From contig JACOXU010000003.1 in assembly GCA_016182185.1 (NCBI GenBank), positions 1 through 55,973 of the forward strand: a stretch of DNA of 55,973 nt, in the 5' to 3' direction. Positions 51,401-55,973 of the stretch are shown here, piece after piece. Numbering within the stretch: position 1 is the first letter of the stretch; each line of letters opens with the position of its first letter. The position numbers were made by a program, and so were the translations under genes. Origin of the DNA: Candidatus Levyibacteriota bacterium (GTDB lineage Bacteria; Patescibacteriota; Microgenomatia; Levybacterales; UBA12049). The notes under the pieces were generated by a model that saw only the letters and a program-made list of their open reading frames with translations, did not search any database and was not told the DNA's origin.

Positions 51401-53294
51401 AGGCATAACCCAGGATTGGGGGATACAACCTATCCCCACAAATACCCCAACCCCCACTCCGGTTCCAAATAACATCACGGGGATTGTCTTTGTTGACACA
51501 AATAGAAACGGCGTGCAAAACGTAGGAGAAGTGGGCTATCCTGGCGGAGCAAAAGTAGATTTACTTGACTGCCGCGGAAGCTGTACCCAGCTAGACAGTA
51601 AGCTAACAGACCCAAATGGACAATTTGCTTTCAATGGTCTGGCGGCGGCAACTTATTCAGTCTTTTTAAACCGTCCTCTAGGATATACTCTTACAACCGT
51701 GAGTCAAAGAAACTTGACTCTGCCTCCTGATGGCACTGCCAACTTTGGTATTGCCGCAAATGCCTTTATTCACGGAACTTTTGTAGATAAAAGCCTAAAT
51801 ATCTTAACAACCAACATTGGCCAGAATGTAACAATCAATAAGAACGTAGTCGTATCTTCAAGAACAAACGGAACTTATAGTTTTGAGGTTATTCCTGCAA
51901 CCGGCTTTTCTGCTACAGCTACTGTTCCTGTCGGATATACAGTTTTGTCTTGCATAGCCAGTATAATAGTAAATGGCGTTACTCAACAACAGAATGACTG
52001 CTGGCAATTGTCTTCCTATCAACCTGTTAACCCGGTTTCAAATATTGATCTTCCTAATGCATTTGATGATGCAAATATCTGGTTCATGTACTTCAGTCCC
52101 AAGACAATTTCAGGAAATGTGTTTGTGGATACGGATAAAGACGGATTTAAGGATGCAACAGAATCAAACTATACAGGAGGAGGAATAACAATATCATCTG
52201 GTGATGGAACTGTAAACGTCAATCAGGCGGCAGGAACTTACCAGATAACCAACCTTGACTCCGGAACTTACTTTGTCTCCTATTCAGGAATTCCGGCAGG
52301 CTACGCAGCGACATTTCCTGTTCCAACCTCCTATTCTGCCACAGTTGGGACAGGATGCACATGGTCGCCCAACACTATCCCCCCGCTTGGCAACCCGACC
52401 AATGCATCTTGCGATGTCAATAACAATATCAGAGATCTTAATTTTGGAATTACCGATTCACAACCTTGGATTCAGACAGAAGGCGGAGATATAAGAGTTG
52501 ATGATGGATTTGTAGACAACATTCCTCCATCAACCGGTCCCGGAGGCACGGATTCTTGTCCGACGAGTTCTGACGCATCGGTTCCGCCTGCCTCAGGATC
52601 TCCGGGCGTAATCTTCTCAGGTGATTCAATTCCAGATTTTGGTCAGGGACAAGCTTCGGCTCCCAACTGGCAGATTGGAGATCCAACATTTGGCGAAATT
52701 TACATTCCTCCCAATCCGGGAGAACTCTCAACTTCCTACAACAGCATGATGACCAAGATCAACCAGGCAGGTCTTACCCCGACAACAATCACGAGTATTA
52801 CAGACATTACCGCCAATGGACTATATCTGGTGAATGGTGACCTTTTGGTCAATAGTGATTATAATTTTGGAGCAAACCAAAATTATGTCATTCTTGTCAA
52901 CGGCAACATGTGGATCGGCGGAAATATTGACGTTCCGACCGGTTCAACTGCAGTCTTTATCGTCAAGGGAAATACTGGTTCATTCCCCAGCAATCGAGGA
53001 ATAACTGTCGCCCCGGCAACCACTCGAATCGAAGGATACTTCAGCACTGACTGGAACTTTATCATCCCAAGCGCAAGCGCCTGCGCTCTGGGACCAGACA
53101 CCCAACTAATAATAGAAGGTGCAGTAGTCGTTAATGCGGTTACTGCAAATGGAGGCCAATTTATCCTTGAGAGAGACTTGTGTTCGGGAAACGTCTGCCC
53201 TGCCGTAGTTGTAATTGTCAGACCAGACTTTGTTCTCAATGCTCCGGCAATCCTGATGAGGACAAACGCCCTCAGACAAGAAGTAGCACCATAG
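48486..53294 (+). CDS. Large Cys-rich surface protein with repeated SdrD-B/Cna-B-like domains
   Basis: Signal peptide; repeated ISGNVFxDxNxNG modules, PTxTP linkers; C-terminal PWIQTEGGD...VNGD domain. Confidence 0.85.
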   Translation: MNKIKNLFLSILGIIFLFSLFSLSVSISQKASAQTTVYIEGSIPSGWAPCNSSSCPANPFPGGTCANGSGVGVPVGACGWPACEGGSAWQRYQLASSSTCYANGPLCYWVFQLSSNVCSLGDKCTAAQPYLNYGYPNCETGACQVGGIYKTCCSGSNIDGACVQSNIDNISPPEGSCPSGTSTVMCLDSANTGSTCEALFGCNNCNVGGGVYCTNSACGASACQAIFPQATPVPTTSPTGAIQGYHVEMPALNAYPMGAKTALLDGGNQTTDNPYGTGSQFASPAWNNISAGNHTVSINSVSTAWGAGYTLCYNVTNCHNSSPTAGTSVTVNVPSGGYADLWWHYFPPPTASINIVGSTTRTIGENITFNANANDGNSNLQSGEIFWSTNSSPGSWNSLGSSAISGSTATFSKTWNTSGRSAGSYVVVVNASSKYSAHCTGNPFQLVNDVSCGPNGASTNDTDVVVVNLIDPVPTYSVSGRVYIDNGKDINGNNAGTYGDGFQTCSGACDNGAGDERGYTTEVDISSGLFADLRNTNSVGYYIFSSLPSAIYNIYPIIGSGYSCSPGNTCNRNINVTANTTVNFGLVPAPTNTPTPTLTPTPTTVPGYTISGNVFNDTNRNGIQDCSGACDNGSGDETNYSGASLTLRTGSCTGTSLGSRTSGSTSPGYSYTGLTNGTTYYVVLTRPSGKDITTPNATLCSGSNYYVTRTIAGTNVTLHWGLANPITPTPTLAPTATPIPASVWGKYFADDGPGACYGNRVQDCGEPPIVSQGIYVQDGDCWWAPSCNWSSVTDSSGNYSISGPASGRTYRYNTGIPTDYSSLGYVRDRICKPFTPGCDIASVPEPPWWFYLSPPVQIDVLLEPPPHDIVGNIFVDSNGNGVQDCSGTCNDGPGDEVKYTQERIIELRTGSCTGTLVGDYTARGSYSFRDLSPQTYYIIFPLPSGYTLTTPASATICSGSNYFAERVMPQLGGITQDWGIQPIPTNTPTPTPVPNNITGIVFVDTNRNGVQNVGEVGYPGGAKVDLLDCRGSCTQLDSKLTDPNGQFAFNGLAAATYSVFLNRPLGYTLTTVSQRNLTLPPDGTANFGIAANAFIHGTFVDKSLNILTTNIGQNVTINKNVVVSSRTNGTYSFEVIPATGFSATATVPVGYTVLSCIASIIVNGVTQQQNDCWQLSSYQPVNPVSNIDLPNAFDDANIWFMYFSPKTISGNVFVDTDKDGFKDATESNYTGGGITISSGDGTVNVNQAAGTYQITNLDSGTYFVSYSGIPAGYAATFPVPTSYSATVGTGCTWSPNTIPPLGNPTNASCDVNNNIRDLNFGITDSQPWIQTEGGDIRVDDGFVDNIPPSTGPGGTDSCPTSSDASVPPASGSPGVIFSGDSIPDFGQGQASAPNWQIGDPTFGEIYIPPNPGELSTSYNSMMTKINQAGLTPTTITSITDITANGLYLVNGDLLVNSDYNFGANQNYVILVNGNMWIGGNIDVPTGSTAVFIVKGNTGSFPSNRGITVAPATTRIEGYFSTDWNFIIPSASACALGPDTQLIIEGAVVVNAVTANGGQFILERDLCSGNVCPAVVVIVRPDFVLNAPAILMRTNALRQEVAP

Positions 53295-53314
53295 CTTCAT
53301 CAATAATGAAGCTA
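53292..53314. terminator. Hairpin after the giant gene
   Basis: TAGCTTCAT-CAATA-ATGAAGCTA. Confidence 0.45.
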
Positions 53315-53390
53315 CAATTACCTAATTACTCTAATTATTCTAATTACTAATCAAATCCCAATTCCCCAATCTCAAGCTCTTAGGTTAATT
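53315..53390. repeat. Left heptamer-repeat arm flanking the four-helix-bundle gene
   Basis: CCTAATTACTCTAATTATTCTAATTACTAATCAAATCCCAATTCCCC. Confidence 0.8.
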
Positions 53391-53753
53391 CTATTTGACC
53401 TTCTTATAAATCGAGTTAAAAATCAAGTTAAGTTCTTTTGCCTCTTGCCATAAAACCTTAGCATCTTCCTTTAACTCTGGAACTGCAACAACAATCATTC
53501 TTATAAAATGTTTGGCTTCCCTTGATTCCTTTTTGCAAATTCCAATCTTATGTTTAAAATCTAACTTACTTTCTGCATCATCTGCTTCGCAATAGTTAGC
53601 ACCAATACTTGTTCCGCACTTTATAAATTGATTAATCAAGGGATCCGTAATTGGCCCTCTTGGAACTTTTTTACAAAATTTTATCGTATCTTCTCCAAAC
53701 TTTGCCGTCCTCTCTTCCAGATCATATTTTTGGACATTAGAAGTATTAGTCAT
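53391..53753 (-). CDS. Four-helix-bundle protein (23S rRNA IVS-encoded protein/bAvd-like superfamily)
   Basis: YDLEERT, TSIGANYCEA, SKLDFKHKIGICKKESRE, EAKELNLIF. Confidence 0.9.
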   Translation of the reverse strand: MTNTSNVQKYDLEERTAKFGEDTIKFCKKVPRGPITDPLINQFIKCGTSIGANYCEADDAESKLDFKHKIGICKKESREAKHFIRMIVVAVPELKEDAKVLWQEAKELNLIFNSIYKKVK

Positions 53754-53793
53754 TTTTTAGGTCAATTAGGTTAATTAGAAATTAGGTCAATTA
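53754..53793. repeat. Right heptamer-repeat arm flanking the four-helix-bundle gene
   Basis: TTAGGTCAATTAGGTTAATTAGAAATTAGGTCAATTA. Confidence 0.8.
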
Positions 53794-54741
53794 AATTATT
53801 GTGATTTCTTCTTCAAGTTCTACTCCGAATTTTTCTTTTATGGTTTTTTTGACAATTTTGATAAGTTCAAGGACATCATCGGCTTTCGCATTCCCTAAAT
53901 TTATAATAAAATTAGGATGTTTCTCAGATACCTGCGCATCCCCGACTCTTCTCCCCGGAAGGTCTGAGAATGCAATAAGCTTAGCAGTAGGGAGAACCGG
54001 AAAGGGATCATTTTTAATTGAACTTTTAAATTCTTTTATCACTTCTTCAGGAACAATTTCAAGGGGAATATTTTTGAATATGCTTCCCACATTTGGATAT
54101 TCCAATGGATGGCGGTTTTTTCTATAAGTAATTTTTTCTTCAATTTTCCCCTTAATGTCCTTGCTCTTATCCTTTTTGAGCCGAAATACTGCAGAAAGAA
54201 TAATTTCATCCTTACCTCCTCCGGTCTTAAAAAGACTACCTCTGTAATTAAATTCACACTCTCTATTTTTTCTTTTTTTAATCTCGAATGTCTCTATATC
54301 AAAGCTTTCTGTCTCTAAAAGTATGTCTTTGGTTTCTCCTCCAAATGCGCCGGCATTGCCTCTTACTGCGCCCCCTACTGTCCCGGGGAGTCCGCCTGCC
54401 CACTCAAAGCCAGACAAAGAATTTTCTATACAAAAAGTAAGTAAGTCACTCACCAGAACCCCTGCGCCGACCGCAACCTTATCTGAATTTAATATTTCAA
54501 TATTGTTTACCTTGTTATGAATTACTAGTCCTGAAAAACCCTTGCTGCCAAAAAGAATATTTGTCCCATCACCTAATATCAGAGTTCTATTTTTATCGGA
54601 ATTTTTAGATATTTCTTTCCACTCTTTAAGTCCTGAAAGTAAATTTTGAACGTTTTTGATTTCCAAAAAATAAGCGGCAGTCCCGCCAATCTTAAAATTT
54701 GAATAGTTTTTAAGAGGAACGTTTCGTCGGATCGTACTCAT
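53791..54741 (-). CDS. murB: UDP-N-acetylenolpyruvoylglucosamine reductase
   Basis: FKIGG, GLPGTVGGAVRGNAGA, GSIFKN, KHPNF, LEEEI. Confidence 0.95.
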   Translation of the reverse strand: MSTIRRNVPLKNYSNFKIGGTAAYFLEIKNVQNLLSGLKEWKEISKNSDKNRTLILGDGTNILFGSKGFSGLVIHNKVNNIEILNSDKVAVGAGVLVSDLLTFCIENSLSGFEWAGGLPGTVGGAVRGNAGAFGGETKDILLETESFDIETFEIKKRKNRECEFNYRGSLFKTGGGKDEIILSAVFRLKKDKSKDIKGKIEEKITYRKNRHPLEYPNVGSIFKNIPLEIVPEEVIKEFKSSIKNDPFPVLPTAKLIAFSDLPGRRVGDAQVSEKHPNFIINLGNAKADDVLELIKIVKKTIKEKFGVELEEEITII

Positions 54742-54773
54742 TGTTGTATTATACCCAAAATTTGTAGCCAGAA

Positions 54774-55922
54774 CTAGCTATTGGGAGCTGTTTGAAGAGT
54801 AACTTTAAACTCTAAGGTTTTGCCATCACGCCAAATAGTTATTGACATAGTATCTCCGACTTTTTTCTCAGAAATTATTTTGGCAAGTTCATTACCGCCT
54901 GCTTGAACTTTCTTCCCGTCTATCTTTGTAATAATATCTCCTGATTTTATTTCTGCCTTATCGGCTGAGGAATCGGTAACTACATTTTGGACCAAAGCAC
55001 CCTCAGGGACTTCATTCAGAAGCGCCAAATCGCGGCTTATCATCTTGTATTCCACTCCTAAGAACGGACGGTTAAATTGCCCTGTTTCATTAAAATTTTT
55101 AATAGAATCTTTGATTACATTTATGGGAAGTGCAAAGCCGATATTCTGGCCGCCTGAGGCAACCGCAGTATTGACACCAATAACTTGAGCCGATGAGTTA
55201 AGAAGCGGACCGCCTGAATTGCCCGGATTTATTGCGGCAGACGTCTGAATTACATTATCAAGTCTTTCCACGTATCCCGCAAATTCATCCCCTGCTGTGA
55301 TACCTCGCCCAAGACCTGAGATGACACCTGTAGTTACCGTATTTTTAAACTCACCCAGCGCAGTTCCAATTGCAATCACAAATTGACCGACTTGAAGACG
55401 GGACGAGTCCCCTATTTCAACAGTTTTAAGTGTATTTCCCGGATTTTCAGACGGTTCAATTTTGATAAGCGCTACATCATTTAGGGGGTCTCTATAGATT
55501 TTCTGAACTTGGTATTTTTTGTCATTACTTGTAATTATCTGGTATTTTACCTCTCTGTCTGAAACAACATGCTTGTTGGTAACGATTAGCCCATCCTTTG
55601 TAACAATAAAGCCTGAGCCAATATTTACCGACTGCTGTTCTTCCCCTCCCGGAACTCCAAAAATTGAAAAGGGTCCGAATTCAAATTGCCTGAGGCTTTG
55701 AACTGTTCTTTCTTCAACGATTGTGACAACTGAAGGGCCAACTTTTTTGACCGCATCTATTACAACTGACTCTTCAGTAACAATTTTTACTTTTTCATTT
55801 GTAAACTGGGGTGTCGTTACTCCCGGAAGAAAATTAGAAATTTGCGGCAGATAATTTGAAAAAGCACTTATAACAGCAAGCATTATTATAAGAATAGCGA
55901 CGAGGACAATTAACCTTCTCAT
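54774..55922 (-). CDS. htrA: HtrA/DegP serine protease with PDZ domain
   Basis: GSGF, TNKHVV, AINPGNSGGPL, C-terminal PDZ. Confidence 0.93.
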   Translation of the reverse strand: MRRLIVLVAILIIMLAVISAFSNYLPQISNFLPGVTTPQFTNEKVKIVTEESVVIDAVKKVGPSVVTIVEERTVQSLRQFEFGPFSIFGVPGGEEQQSVNIGSGFIVTKDGLIVTNKHVVSDREVKYQIITSNDKKYQVQKIYRDPLNDVALIKIEPSENPGNTLKTVEIGDSSRLQVGQFVIAIGTALGEFKNTVTTGVISGLGRGITAGDEFAGYVERLDNVIQTSAAINPGNSGGPLLNSSAQVIGVNTAVASGGQNIGFALPINVIKDSIKNFNETGQFNRPFLGVEYKMISRDLALLNEVPEGALVQNVVTDSSADKAEIKSGDIITKIDGKKVQAGGNELAKIISEKKVGDTMSITIWRDGKTLEFKVTLQTAPNS

Positions 55923-55973
55923 ATAAATAAATCACAAATCCAAAATTACAAATACTAAATAATATTTAAGCTA
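55923..55973. repeat. Left arm of another heptamer-repeat element (cut by window end)
   Basis: CACAAATCCAAAATTACAAATACTAAATAAT resembles the reverse complement of the 35080/41133 22-mer. Confidence 0.6.

Overview
AT-rich bacterial chromosomal segment using genetic code 11. Gene content and style suggest a Patescibacteria/CPR genome, probably Microgenomates-like (inference): type IV pilus cluster, short HolB/MurF/RF1 forms, many orphan secreted proteins. It carries pilin-pilC-pilT-pilB, a cell-wall operon (murF, hydrolase, DegT-type aminotransferase, FemAB), gyrB/ppa/gyrA/folD, an intact Xer tyrosine recombinase, GH18 and GH37 hydrolases, yebC, rluA, efp, tRNA-Leu(CAA), dnaB, pepP, hisS, rpmE, prfA, a Kef-type antiporter, a 9.5-kb surface-protein island ending in a 1602-aa Cys-rich protein, a four-helix-bundle gene, murB and htrA. 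Main unexplained signals: (1) a dispersed family of bipartite heptamer-repeat elements, one enclosing the four-helix-bundle gene, several empty, one inserted in frame in rluA; (2) a candidate single-Xer dif site at 23769-23800 whose half-site recurs about six times in the xer upstream region; (3) a catalytically dead Xer paralogue; (4) widespread leaderless-type promoters; (5) a PLD remnant and several small ORFs missed by the ORF track. No CRISPR array, rRNA, transposase or reverse transcriptase was seen.
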